Source: Nitrospira sp.
GTDB lineage: Bacteria; Nitrospirota; Nitrospiria; Nitrospirales; Nitrospiraceae
DNA length: 64,000 nucleotides
Assembly (NCBI GenBank): GCA_037045225.1
Contig: JBAOHZ010000008.1
Coordinates: 282 to 64,281, forward strand
Direction of reading: 5' to 3'
Under the pieces are notes generated by a model. It searched no databases and was not told the origin of the DNA. It worked only from the letters and a program-made list of their open reading frames with translations. Positions 11,384-21,636 of this stretch are shown here, piece by piece; within the stretch, counting starts at the first letter, position 1; every line of letters begins with the position of its first letter. Made by a program: the position numbers and the translations under genes.

Positions 11384-13111
11384 TCACGCTCGCTCCCGCA
11401 CGGACAGCAGGAGCAGGTGCTTGCGGCTCGGCTGCCGAAATTCGCGAATCCGCTCCGTCGCGAGATCCGATCGGCTCTCCAGGATGACGGCATGGTTCTC
11501 TTCGGTGATGACTCTGATAGTCCCGTTGCTGTGCGCCGCCGCCAGAACCGCCTCTGGATTCTGCAGATCCGGCACCATCTGGTCCCGCTTCAGGTAGTAC
11601 ACGGCATCTTCGTTCTTCGGCCAACCGGGAATGTAGAGAAACATGGCCGGCCCCGCTTCCTTCGCCATGGACTTGATCTCCTCCGTGGCCTTTCGCGGTG
11701 AAGCGGCCTGATCGATCGCCGGAAACACATAGTTCACGACTAACACCATATAGGCTACCGCAAGCACGCCGACCATACGCAGCGCGAACTGGAGGCGGGC
11801 TGTGATCGCGGCATACAGCAGCATCCCGGCCAGGGAGACCATGATCACGACAAATACGGGAGACACGACCGGAGCCGACACCAGCCAGCGACGACGCAAC
11901 GGGGCGGCGCCGAAGAACATTCCCCCGATGAAGACAAGGGCTAGGATCACCAGGAGACCTCTCAACAACGGAGACATCGGCCGAGAGGCTTCCGGGGAAG
12001 AGTCTGACCGATGATAGAAATAGCCGATCATCAGGCCGATGCCGGGAACGAGGGTCGTCAGATAGGGCTCCCGTTTGAGCGTGGCCAGGCTGAACGCCGT
12101 GAAGAGTCCCAGCACCCACACCAGCAACAACAGCTCCGTCGGATGCGAGCGCAGCGGTCGCTGCGTCCACAACAACACGAGGGCGGACGGCAGCAGCGCG
12201 CACCAGGGGAAGAAATCGGCCCACATCATGCCCAGATACCAATAAATCGGGTGGCCGTCCTTCGCGGTCCCGGCTGCCCCGGACAAGCCGCTGTTCCAGA
12301 TGGATTTGACGGCACTCTCTAGTAGAAAATGGTGCTGATACCCGGGACCCAGCATCTGCGCGTATCCCGCCATCAGCGCGACAGCCAAGGCCAGGCCGGC
12401 CCAGAAGAATCTGTCTCGCACCATTCGAGCGTCGCGCTGAATCACGGCATACAGAGCCATGATCAGCAGGGGCAGGAAAAATCCATGCATCTCCTTGAGC
12501 ATCGCTCCGAGCGCCATACTCACGAACGCGACCAGATACCAACGTGAGCTGCGACCCAGCATGTGAACCTGAATCCAGGCGAAGAGGGCCAGGGTGACCA
12601 GACACGTTAATGTCGAATCGAACAACACACGGCGTCCATACCAGAGAAAGACGTGGCTGGTTGCCACCGCCAGCGCCGCCCAGAACCCGGCCTTAGACGA
12701 CATCAACTGGGTCCCCAGCACGTAGGTCAACAGGATGGTGCCCACCGCGGCCAGCGAACCGGGGAGGCGCAAGGCAATTTCGTGGTCGCCCCAGATCGAG
12801 GTCGAGAGATTCAGCATCCAAAAAAACAACGGTGGCTTATTGAAGTAGGGAATACCTTGGTAAGTGAGGTCGAAGAATTCACCCCGCCGGGCCATCTCTC
12901 CGGCGATGCCCGCATAGAGCCCTTCGCTGCCTTCCAATAACGACAGGTGGAGGTTGGCAAAATAGGCCCAGCCGCCCACAAGAGCCAGCAACACCATCTC
13001 GAGGTACTGGCGCCCGACGAGATTCTCCCGCAGGGAGACGCAGGCTGGCCTGCAGGTGTGGGACAGAGGACCGACATCGAGCGGCGACGGAGGTACGTTC
13101 ATGTCTGCCAT
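11384..13111 (-). CDS. GT39/ArnT-like membrane glycosyltransferase
   Basis: Multi-TM N-terminal region with YFNKPPLFFW and the ...RLPGSLAAVGTILLTYVLG pattern typical of ArnT/PMT-family enzymes, plus a soluble C-terminal domain. Confidence 0.7.
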   Translation of the reverse strand: MADMNVPPSPLDVGPLSHTCRPACVSLRENLVGRQYLEMVLLALVGGWAYFANLHLSLLEGSEGLYAGIAGEMARRGEFFDLTYQGIPYFNKPPLFFWMLNLSTSIWGDHEIALRLPGSLAAVGTILLTYVLGTQLMSSKAGFWAALAVATSHVFLWYGRRVLFDSTLTCLVTLALFAWIQVHMLGRSSRWYLVAFVSMALGAMLKEMHGFFLPLLIMALYAVIQRDARMVRDRFFWAGLALAVALMAGYAQMLGPGYQHHFLLESAVKSIWNSGLSGAAGTAKDGHPIYWYLGMMWADFFPWCALLPSALVLLWTQRPLRSHPTELLLLVWVLGLFTAFSLATLKREPYLTTLVPGIGLMIGYFYHRSDSSPEASRPMSPLLRGLLVILALVFIGGMFFGAAPLRRRWLVSAPVVSPVFVVIMVSLAGMLLYAAITARLQFALRMVGVLAVAYMVLVVNYVFPAIDQAASPRKATEEIKSMAKEAGPAMFLYIPGWPKNEDAVYYLKRDQMVPDLQNPEAVLAAAHSNGTIRVITEENHAVILESRSDLATERIREFRQPSRKHLLLLSVRERA

Positions 13112-13119
13112 CGGTGATC

Positions 13120-13506
13120 CTATCGTGCCCGATCGACGGCAATGGTGATGAGAATGGCCGACTCGTCGATGGCCCGCAGCGAATGGGGCGCGCCTCCCTC
13201 CAGGACGAGTAATTGCCCCTGCCTCATCTCGACCGTCCGGCCATCGGCGATAAATTCAATCCGGCCTTGGAGCACTTGCACGGAAATCTGTCCATCCGCC
13301 TTATGTGTCCCCAATGCACTCCCCGCATGCAGCGCCCGTAACACGACCCGCATCGCTGCAGACTTCGTCAGGATAATCGTGTGGTCCTTGCCCTCCAGCC
13401 AGGCCGGCTCGAGTTTGAGTTGCCCGAGGGATGCGAGGACATCGTAGGTCGTCCACACACCCGTCGACGTCATCCCCTTCTTCTCGTCATGTTCTGCCTG
13501 TTGCAT
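13120..13506 (-). CDS. cupin-domain protein
   Basis: 128 aa with a G.H.......Q.L.G...F....-type beta-barrel pattern (LGTHKADGQISVQVLQGRIEF ... LVLEGGAPHSLRA). Its stop lies 9 nt before the ArnT-like start. Confidence 0.55.
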   Translation of the reverse strand: MQQAEHDEKKGMTSTGVWTTYDVLASLGQLKLEPAWLEGKDHTIILTKSAAMRVVLRALHAGSALGTHKADGQISVQVLQGRIEFIADGRTVEMRQGQLLVLEGGAPHSLRAIDESAILITIAVDRAR

Positions 13507-13775
13507 CGCACACCTTCCTTACCTGCATTCATTTCTTATATTTCGCATGTCGTCAGACACGAATCAAGGTCGTCGAGAGCCGTGTTGCGAAATACGGCGC
13601 TTGCCGGTCGGGCTCCATCTCGCACCATGGCAATATCCTCTCCGGTGTTCCCGTCACCTGCGTCTATGCATCGTCCGGCCGAACAAGCCCTCGTCCCACC
13701 ATCCCCTTCCTGGGATCCCGCCGCGAAAATGGCCTGTTCTTGCACAATGTGGGCATGCTCGATCGACCGCTCCCT

Positions 13776-14921
13776 CTACAAAGCGGTCTTCTGAAATCGT
13801 CTGGTTGCCACCCAGAGCGTGAGCGACCCCAGGATCAACAGCGTCGCCATCTGCGGCCAGAGAATCTCCAGCCCTACTCCTTTCAAGAAGATCCCGCGGA
13901 TGATGACGAGGAAGTAGCGCAGCGGGTTGAGGTAGGTCAGCCATTGCACAGTCTCGGGCATGTTGGCGATCGGGAAGACGAAGCCGGAGAGCAGCATGGC
14001 AGGGAAGTAATAGAAAAACGCGCTCATCATCGCCTGCTGCTGCGTCCGGCTGATGGTCGAGATGAGCAAGCCGATCCCCAGCGTGCTCATCAAATAGAGG
14101 CTCGTCGCACCGACGAGGAGCAACAGGCTGCCCCTGATGGGAACCTCGAACCAGTAGGCGGCGATCACGGTCACCAACGCCACGTCGGCGAAGCCGATCA
14201 GCGCGAACGGCAAGGTCTTGCCCAGAATGAACTCTACCTGCCTGATGGGGGTCACCATGATTTGTTCGATTGTGCCGATTTCCTTTTCGCGGACTACCGC
14301 CATGCTGGACAACATGAGCGTGACCAGCGTGACGATCAGCACGATGACGCCGGGGACGTAAAAGTTCCGCGATTCGAGATTCTCGTTGAACCAAGCGCGT
14401 GTCTCCAGCTTGACCCGAGCCGGGGTAGCCGGCTCACCGGTCGCCCGGATCACGCGCGTCTGCAGCACGGTCTCGCTGAACCGGCCAGCGATTTGACCGG
14501 CATAGTTCAGCACGATGCCCGCCGTGTCGGAGTCCGTCCCGTCCACGATGACCTGTACCGGGGCCGTCCGGCCGGCGCGGAGATCGTCCCCAAACCCTTT
14601 GTTCATCTGCAGCACCGCCTTGACCGCACCACGATCCACAAGGTCCTGCGCCTCTTCTTCCCGACCGACATACGCCACCACGTCGAAATAGCCGGAACCG
14701 GTAAACCGGGCGACCAGTTCGCGACTGGCACGGCTGTTGTCCAGATCGAAGATCGCCGTCGGGATATGGGTCACATTCGTCGTGACGGCATAGCCGAAGA
14801 CCAGCGTCTGCACGAGCGGCATCGCGAAAATCACGGTCCTCATTCGCGGATCGCGAAGGATCTGGATGAATTCCTTGATCAGCATGTGCGTGATCCGTTC
14901 GAACATCCTGTGCTCACACAA
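13776..14921 (-). CDS. ABC-2 transporter permease (YbhR/YbhS-like)
   Basis: N-terminal TM helix, periplasmic loop and 5-TM ABC-2 core. It overlaps the preceding permease gene by 8 nt. Confidence 0.8.
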   Translation of the reverse strand: MCEHRMFERITHMLIKEFIQILRDPRMRTVIFAMPLVQTLVFGYAVTTNVTHIPTAIFDLDNSRASRELVARFTGSGYFDVVAYVGREEEAQDLVDRGAVKAVLQMNKGFGDDLRAGRTAPVQVIVDGTDSDTAGIVLNYAGQIAGRFSETVLQTRVIRATGEPATPARVKLETRAWFNENLESRNFYVPGVIVLIVTLVTLMLSSMAVVREKEIGTIEQIMVTPIRQVEFILGKTLPFALIGFADVALVTVIAAYWFEVPIRGSLLLLVGATSLYLMSTLGIGLLISTISRTQQQAMMSAFFYYFPAMLLSGFVFPIANMPETVQWLTYLNPLRYFLVIIRGIFLKGVGLEILWPQMATLLILGSLTLWVATRRFQKTAL

Positions 14922-16047
14922 GCTTTTTCTTGAAGACTAGATTAGCGGCCAGGAGCACGAGCAGGCCGAAGACGGCCAGCAGCGTCGCCTCCAGCATCAG
15001 CAGCTCCAGGCCGATCCCTTTGAGATAAATGCCCTTCAACAGCGACACGAAGTACCGGGCGGGCACCACATGGGTAATGGCCTGAATCGCGTCCGGCATG
15101 TTGCTGATGTCGTACATAAACCCGGACAGCAGGAAGGCCGGCAAGAACGTGAGCACCATGGCGAGTTGACTGGCCAGCAATTGCGCTTTGGTCACGATGC
15201 TGATCAACATGCCGAGGGCAAGCGCGCCGACCAGAAAGACGGCCGCCATGCTGAACAGGAGCGCGACGTTGCCGCGCAACGGCACTCTGAACAGGAATTC
15301 GCCCATTAGCACGGCCACGAGCACATCGAATAGGCCGATTCCGAAATACGGCAGGAGTTTGCCAAGGATCAGCTCGGGGCCTTTCAACGGCGTGGAAATC
15401 ACTTGCTCCATCGTGCCGGCTTCCCACTCCCGCGCCACCGTCAGCGAGGTCAGCATCGCGGCAATGACCATCATGATCACCGCGATCAATCCCGGAATGA
15501 TGTAGTTCTTGGATTCCATATCGGCGTTGAACCAGACGCGCGGGCGCAAGTCGAGCGGAACCATGACGGTCCGGCCGCTCGTGCGGGCAGTCTGTTCGAT
15601 CGCCAGGTCCCGATTGTAGGTCCGCGCCACGGTCTCCACGTAGCCGAGTACGATCGTCGCCGTATTCGAGTCGCTGCCGTCCAGGATGGCTTGCACCCGT
15701 GCCACCCGTCCCGCTGCTAGATCCGGGCCGAAATCGGTCGGGACGATCAGCGCCGCCAGAGCGCTCCCCTCATCGATTGCCTGCTCGACTTCCGCATAGG
15801 TCTGCACATAGCGGCGCAGGCTGAAATATGACGAGCCGTCAAAATGACCGATGAAGCGGCGGCTGGTTTCCGTACCGCTCTGATCCCACACCACCAGCGG
15901 CACCGCGTCCACGTCCAAGGTCAGCGCATAGCCGAACAGGATCAACAAGAGGATGGGAATGGCGATCCCCATGACAAGGCTGCGCCAGTCCCGGCTGATA
16001 TGAATGCCCTCTTTGCGGGCGACCGCCCAGATACGCCGCCCGTTCAT
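14914..16047 (-). CDS. ABC-2 transporter permease (YbhS/YbhR-like)
   Basis: Start set at MNGRRIWAVARKEGIHISRDWRS. The 86-aa Gly/Arg-rich extension in the track ORF (to 16305) overlaps the ATPase gene and is not credible. Confidence 0.8.
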   Translation of the reverse strand: MNGRRIWAVARKEGIHISRDWRSLVMGIAIPILLLILFGYALTLDVDAVPLVVWDQSGTETSRRFIGHFDGSSYFSLRRYVQTYAEVEQAIDEGSALAALIVPTDFGPDLAAGRVARVQAILDGSDSNTATIVLGYVETVARTYNRDLAIEQTARTSGRTVMVPLDLRPRVWFNADMESKNYIIPGLIAVIMMVIAAMLTSLTVAREWEAGTMEQVISTPLKGPELILGKLLPYFGIGLFDVLVAVLMGEFLFRVPLRGNVALLFSMAAVFLVGALALGMLISIVTKAQLLASQLAMVLTFLPAFLLSGFMYDISNMPDAIQAITHVVPARYFVSLLKGIYLKGIGLELLMLEATLLAVFGLLVLLAANLVFKKKLV

Positions 16048-16538
16048 CCCGCCACCTCGGCTTGTGGCCGCTCCTGTCGATCCCGCGCCTCGATCAACGA
16101 GACAAACACGTCCTCCAGCGACGGCACGATCCGCTCCGCCCGCGACACCGACACGTTTCGATCCGCCAGCGCGCGTGCGATCCCAGTCATCACCCCCTCC
16201 GCCCGACGCTCGACCACCACGTGCACACCTTTGCCGAACAAGGCGGTCGCCTTCACTCCCTTGACGCCCTCGAGCGCCAGCATCGCCTCCTGCGGCTGCT
16301 CGCACAGCACTTCGATGATGTCGTCCTGCATGAAGCGCGTCTTCAACTCGTCGGGTGTTCCGGACGCGATCAATTCGCCACGATAGATCAACCCCAAGCG
16401 GTCGCAGTACTCGGCCTCTTCCATGTAGTGCGTGGTCACGAAGACCGTGACGCCCCGCTCGGCCAGCTCGTAAATGAGGTCCCAGAAGCTCCGGCGGCTG
16501 ATCGGGTCCACACCGGAGGTCGGCTCGTCGAGAAAAAT
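16044..16538 (-). pseudogene. 5'-truncated ABC transporter ATPase (only Walker B to the C-terminus remains)
   Basis: Homology starts abruptly at [43 protein letters not shown]. No Walker A, Q-loop or LSGG signature is present upstream; the upstream in-frame sequence is unrelated. Confidence 0.75.
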
Positions 16539-17135
16539 AGTGGAAGAAGAAGATTCGTCTGCGTCTGATGAACCATACGTGCTGGTAACGGTCGTTGATC
16601 TTTCACGCGTAGTACTCGACCCGGTATCCCAGCACCGCCCCCAACTTTCGAGGTGACAAGATACGGCCCATTCCAAGGTGTAGATGCAGGTGGAACTTAT
16701 TTTTCGCCAGGATATAGTCAATCTTTTTGGGCACAACGGGCCAACCTGTAGGAATACAGAATCCCGACGATGCCATTTTTGTCGTTGCACTCATGGAACA
16801 CGATGCGGGCCAGCCTGGCACCTTACAGTATATTTGTCCAAGGGATGGTTGCTGGATCCACCGTTGGAACTCTCGATCTCGATCGAGGGGATATAGTTGC
16901 CCGTCTTCTACGCGATGTAAGCTCGGCTCTAGCAGGATGCGGAAAAAGTCCGCCAGCGGCGTTCTCGCATCGTTCAGAGGCTCACCGTACGGCAAGAGTA
17001 CGATTCGCCTCTTCGCTCACTGCGGCCTTGCTGGACGGCCTTTTTGCGCATCCTGTTGGCTATTCTGATACCAACCGGTCACGTGAGCTGCCCGCGGCGT
17101 ATTGTGCAAAAGTCGAGTTTTTCCGCAGCCTGTTA

Positions 17136-17979
17136 GATAGTGTAGTCACGAGATTGGAAATGTGAGAGAATCGGTGAGCCACAGAAGGAGGCTCGCATGA
17201 AAGACTCGCCCCCCGCCTACCGCCGCCACGATATATCCGATGAAACATGGAAGCTTTTGGCGTCGCATTTACCGGGGCGCAAAGGCGCCTGGGGCGGTGT
17301 TGCCGAAGACAACCGCCTGTTTATCAATGCGGTCTTCTGGATTTTGAGAACGGGTGCGCCATGGCGCGATTTGCCGCCGGAATACGGCGGGTGGAGCAAC
17401 ACGCACCGCCGCTTTATCCGCTGGCGGGACAAGGGCATCTGGGAAGGGCTGCTTGAAGTTTTGATTGATGCGCCTGATTACGAATGGCTGATGATCGACG
17501 CCAGCCATTGCAAGGTTCATCCTCATGCCGCCGGAGCGCGTGGCGGCAATCAGGAGATGCGCCGCACAAAAGGGGGCTCAACACCAAACTGCATCTGGCC
17601 GTGGATGCGTTTGGTCTGCCGGTCAGAGTTATTATTACGCACGGTACCGCCGCTGATTGCACACAGGCTTCAAGGCTGATCGAGGGCATTGATGCAGATC
17701 AGCTTATCGCGGACAAGGGCTATGATACCGACGCGATCATTGAACAGGCCGCCGCGCAAGGCATGAACGCCGTGATTCCCCCGAAGAAAAATCGCGTCAA
17801 TCAAAGGCCATATGACGAAGACCTTTACAAATTGCGCCACCTGATCGAAAACGCGTTCCTGCACCTCAAAAGATGGCGCGGCATTGCAACAAGATACGCC
17901 AAAAACAGCACGTCCTTCCTTGCCGCCGTCCACATCCGTTGCCTCGCCCTCTGGCTCAATATCTCGTGACTACACTGTC
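17136..17979 (+). mobile_element. IS5-family (IS427/IS1031-like) insertion sequence
   Basis: Imperfect 19-bp terminal inverted repeats, GATAGTGTAGTCACGAGAT (17136-17154) and ATCTCGTGACTACACTGTC (17961-17979), each flanked by TA. They enclose a two-frame DDE transposase. Confidence 0.8.
17197..17969 (+). CDS. IS5-family transposase OrfAB (needs a -1 frameshift near 17566-17577)
   Basis: OrfA ...DLPPEYGGWSNTHRRFIRWRDKG...RRTKGG continues in the -1 frame as LNTKLHLAVDAFGLPVRVIITHGTAADC...DKGYD...YKLRHLIENAFLHLKRWRGIATRYAK. A slippery ACAAAAGGGGGC run sits at the frame junction. Confidence 0.8.
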
Positions 17980-18689
17980 TAGGACTCCGAGCGGTCCTAC
18001 TCTTGACCAAGACAATCCGATTGGCGAGCCACAGCAGTTACGCTTTTTCTCTGAAGAACTGCGGCAGGCAGAGGCGGAAGAAAGAGTGAGTACGATTCTA
18101 CGGTTTGAAGGGGGTGGGAGATGATACGGGTTGACTTTCGAGGCACGGGGAACGCAATGCCGGCATCAGCATGGTGTATCGCGCATTCCTAACAGCATGG
18201 AAAGCATGTGGATCGGGACAGACGGTTCCGTCCTGGATGTATATTGGTACGGTTAGCGATTGCTCATTAAAGTCTTCACCCATAAGACAGCCATGAAGAA
18301 ACAGTGGTTGATAGGTAATTAAAAAGGGGAACAATTATGAACGCAAGGAAAGCTAGCAAGTTTCTTTTTTGGGGCAGATAAGATCCGGTCGCATGCCTTG
18401 GACGCAATCATCCCGCATGGACCCAAGATTTCCGGTGCTTCCCGAGAATATTTGCTTGCAATGGCGATTAAAGGTCTTGCTTCGGAGCTTGGCGACAAGA
18501 CAGACAGACGAATGTTAGTCAGCATACAGCAAACGCTGGTTAAATTGGCAAGCGAAAGACTGGCGGCGGACTATGGTGTTGATGCCTCGTGCGGAACACC
18601 ACCGTGGAAAAAATTTACTATCCAGAGTAAGTTTCATGATGTTCTTCTTGTGAATCGGATCAATATATTTACATATATAATATATGCTC

Positions 18690-19140
18690 CCCAAAAAGCC
18701 GTCCCCTACCCGATGATGCTTCGATTCTATTTGAAGCAAGCTTTCGTAATAGTGCCGCACCATCACCAATAAGTTTTTGCGTGCGCGTTTGGGCTTTTCG
18801 CCACGACGGACCGATTTGATTCAGCAGGTCACAACCTTGGGCCCTCGCCTCTACTGGGAGGCCACGGCCGTCTTCTTCATGGGCAATCTCTTGATCCACC
18901 CATTGGTGAGCATAATCTTCAGATTCCGGGTCAGCGTGGATGGGTCGAGGTGCAGACCATTCACGATCTCGATACGCCAAATGGGGCCTGCCTTGGCCAC
19001 AAGAACTAGAAGATTAATCGGGGTTACTTTCAGGCCCAAGGGACGGAATTCAGCATCGTAATGCCCGTGAGCACACGATCAAGTTTGCGCACGCGCCCTA
19101 GTAGGCACTCACACGCGATCTGGTAAATGGTACCGCTACC
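18690..19140 (-). pseudogene. MarR-family regulator remnant (two or more frameshifts)
   Basis: Pieces in different frames: LGRVRKLDRVLTG / YDAEFRPLGLKVTPINLLVLVAKAGPIWRIEIVNGLHLDPSTLTRNLKIMLTNGWI / HEEDGRGLPVEARAQGCDLLNQIGPSWRKAQ. Together these follow the MarR winged-helix pattern. Confidence 0.45.
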
Positions 19141-19529
19141 TTGGTTCCCTGGCCTCGGGAGGCCTCTTAATGAATGGGCCGTCGGTTCGACCTTACGGGT
19201 TGTTAGCTCCCAATGATTTTAGCCAATGGGGAAGCATGTGAATTGATTACCCTTTAATATCCATTGGGCAATTAAACCCACCTCCCCTACGCTCATCTGT
19301 GGCATGATGCTCTGCGCCTTATATAGTACTAACCCTACGTGTCACAGGAGTGTTTTATATACAACAAATACGATCTCAATCTAGCTCATTTCAACTCAAT
19401 AAAACGAAGCTTACAAAAGTCCGGGAGGCGGCTTTAAGAGCGAGGTTCAGCAGAAATCACGTTGGTTTATGCGGGAGTGACTGAAAAGCTTACGAAACCG
19501 CTGCTCTTGCGATTGGCACAGAACGGTGA

Positions 19530-20522
19530 CTATTCACGTTCCGGTGATCGCCCCTTTTCTTTCTCCTGCATGCGGCTCTGTCCGGCTAAGTGACGTACCA
19601 AGTCTACCGCAAGCTGCCGATCATCTCCTCGATCAGAACGCGCCAAGGCTTTCATGACCCCTTCATAGTTTTTCATTATCTCGCGCTGAACATGTGGTGC
19701 GTGGGTCTCTCGTCTGCTACGGTCCACGCGTATGGTTTGTGTCGCGCCCTCCACGAAATGCCGAACCTTCCACCGCTCTTGAGTTGTGCGATGAATACGG
19801 CTCGTAGTGGTGGCGTCGATCCCATGTTCCCGAAGCGCTTCAGCAAATCCTTCTCGCCAACGTTGGAGATCGAGCTTTCTTGGGTTTAGCCGTGTCCCAT
19901 CAAGTCCTGCGGTTTTAACGGTGAGATGTACGTGCGGATGAGACGAAGGATGTGGGTCCGGGTCTGTCTCGAAAGTATGCAGCACCATGGCGTACTGATA
20001 ATTGGCAAACTCACGTTTCGCAAATTCACGGGCGGCGCGTTGAACCGAGATTGGGTCGGTCAGCTTCGGCATGGACAAGATGATATGAAAGGCATCGCGC
20101 ATCTCGGAATTCCCAGGGATTGGAAACCCTCCATGTTGCCATTCGCGCTTGAGATCTCCAACGGCCTCTTTACCCGTGATGATATGTCCGTCTTGATCTT
20201 CAATGTCTAGCTTCCCATCCCGAGAGATATAACTGAGATTATTTGAAATCCCGCGCAGGCCTTTCGTGGCTTTGGCGAGCTTGACCATGACCTGCGGGGC
20301 ACATCGAACCATGTCACGAAGCTTTTGCCGCACGAAGCGCGCCCGCGCCTCTGGAGTGTGTAAGTGTCCACCTGTGCCCGCGTGTGATTGGCCCCCCCGG
20401 CCTGTCCTACCCTCATGTCCTCGTCGCACGGTCGACGCAGACACATTAAAGAGGCGACTACCCCATTCATCTAAGGTGGCATCTGTGCTATTGGCAAATT
20501 GGGGCATCATTGGATGTGCCAT
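19530..20522 (-). CDS. relaxase (MobA/VirD2-type mobilisation nuclease domain)
   Basis: His-rich catalytic motif LHTFETDPDPHPSSHPHVHLTV, overall relaxase/mobilisation-nuclease layout, and translational overlap with the upstream MobC-like gene. Confidence 0.8.
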   Translation of the reverse strand: MAHPMMPQFANSTDATLDEWGSRLFNVSASTVRRGHEGRTGRGGQSHAGTGGHLHTPEARARFVRQKLRDMVRCAPQVMVKLAKATKGLRGISNNLSYISRDGKLDIEDQDGHIITGKEAVGDLKREWQHGGFPIPGNSEMRDAFHIILSMPKLTDPISVQRAAREFAKREFANYQYAMVLHTFETDPDPHPSSHPHVHLTVKTAGLDGTRLNPRKLDLQRWREGFAEALREHGIDATTTSRIHRTTQERWKVRHFVEGATQTIRVDRSRRETHAPHVQREIMKNYEGVMKALARSDRGDDRQLAVDLVRHLAGQSRMQEKEKGRSPERE

Positions 20523-21049
20523 CGCTCCAGGTTGCCTCTCATCACACTCGACACGGTGGTCGTATGAGTTTCAATGCGCCTAGATAATTCGGTGATGAGT
20601 TCGACCCGAAAGGCACTCCTCTCATCCGGAGAGGTATTCAGCGCTTTGGCGAGTTGATTCAGGTTTCTCCCGATTGCCAATAGTTGCAGGTTGGAACGGG
20701 CGAGCACTTCCAATTCTGATTGGCCAAATTGTGGGTGTCCCACGAGTCGAGTCCGAATCAAGGCAATGATCCACTTGGCAACCGTAAACCCTTGCGCCTG
20801 TGCCATCCGTTTGAGAGTACCGTGCTCGGACTCGGTGAGTTTAATCTCTACCCGAACCATGGGCCTTTCAGGTCGATTTCTGACCACGGCTCGAGGGGAT
20901 ATGGATCCGGGGAGACCACCCTGAACGACCTTGGCCAGAACTTGTCGGAGCGCATGACTCGGCTGCGTCTTCTGCCTGGCACACCAGTCTAACCAGGGTT
21001 CTTTGAGCCCTCCTAAGTCGACGCTAATAGTATTCACTCGTTTAGTCAT
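20507..21049 (-). CDS. mobC: MobC-family relaxosome accessory protein
   Basis: C-terminal LLAIGRNLNQLAKALN motif typical of MobC. Start set at MTKRVNT, preceded by GGGGGGGAG. Confidence 0.75.
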   Translation of the reverse strand: MTKRVNTISVDLGGLKEPWLDWCARQKTQPSHALRQVLAKVVQGGLPGSISPRAVVRNRPERPMVRVEIKLTESEHGTLKRMAQAQGFTVAKWIIALIRTRLVGHPQFGQSELEVLARSNLQLLAIGRNLNQLAKALNTSPDERSAFRVELITELSRRIETHTTTVSSVMRGNLERWHIQ

Positions 21050-21318
21050 ACTAGCTCCCCCCCGCCTCACCGGGCCAGGTGACCCTCTATATCCGGAACC
21101 AGCTGTTCGTCCACCGCTTCACCGGCACGCATACCCACGAATCCCTTCTGACGGGCAAACCACTCGGGAGCTGACGCACCCTTCCATTTTTGCAGAGCGG
21201 AGAAAAGACGATTTAAAAGCCCCCCTCCTCCACAGCCATTGCAGGCTCCTCCTTTGAGCTGCCCCTGCGAACGATAATGAAGCCTAGAAACAATGTAATA
21301 CAATACCCGGCGAAAGCC

Positions 21319-21327
21319 ATATCCTGC
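21319..21327 (+). other. candidate oriT nic core ATATCCTG|C
   Basis: A plus-strand 9-mer identical to the RP4 / T-DNA-border nick core (nick after ...ATCCTG). It lies 270 bp upstream of mobC, with a small GGCgaaaGCC hairpin immediately 5' of it. Confidence 0.4.
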
Positions 21328-21636
21328 AACACCATAATTAATACCAACAACCGCCTCTGAAAAATTACGACTCAGCGAGACCAACCTGGAACCCTATGCC
21401 TTTGCGATGTGAGAATTGACTGGTTGTTACAACGTCGGAGGCTTGGCCCACACCCCCGCGGGGCCAGGTGGTGGTTCCTCGACTCTTCCCCCCCGCGCGC
21501 GCGCAGGAGACAAATGAACACAGGGTGTCGCAGCCCCCTAATGGTCGATGTGCGAAAGAGTTTCGCAAAGCCGCTCTCCGAAGCAAAGCTCTATGACGGC
21601 ACAAAATAATCATGTCGGGGAGCAAGCGCGTTCAGG

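Noticed and set aside
16603-16995. A 130-aa ORF and neighbouring frames between the truncated ATPase and the IS. There are faint hints of a Uma2-type endonuclease tail (IPSIEIESS...DKY...VFHECNDKNGIVGILY).
   Set aside because: The resemblance is weak and needs frame changes. It is not enough for a call.
19180-19215. A GGTTCGA string, which could be a tRNA T-loop fragment marking an att site.
   Set aside because: The flanking bases cannot form a T-stem or an acceptor stem, and no tRNA-like cloverleaf can be drawn.
21067-21384. A 105-aa minus-strand ORF upstream of mobC.
   Set aside because: It is Gly/Cys-rich and low in complexity, with no recognisable family. It spans the predicted nic core and oriT repeats. 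It may be real, but I cannot support it.
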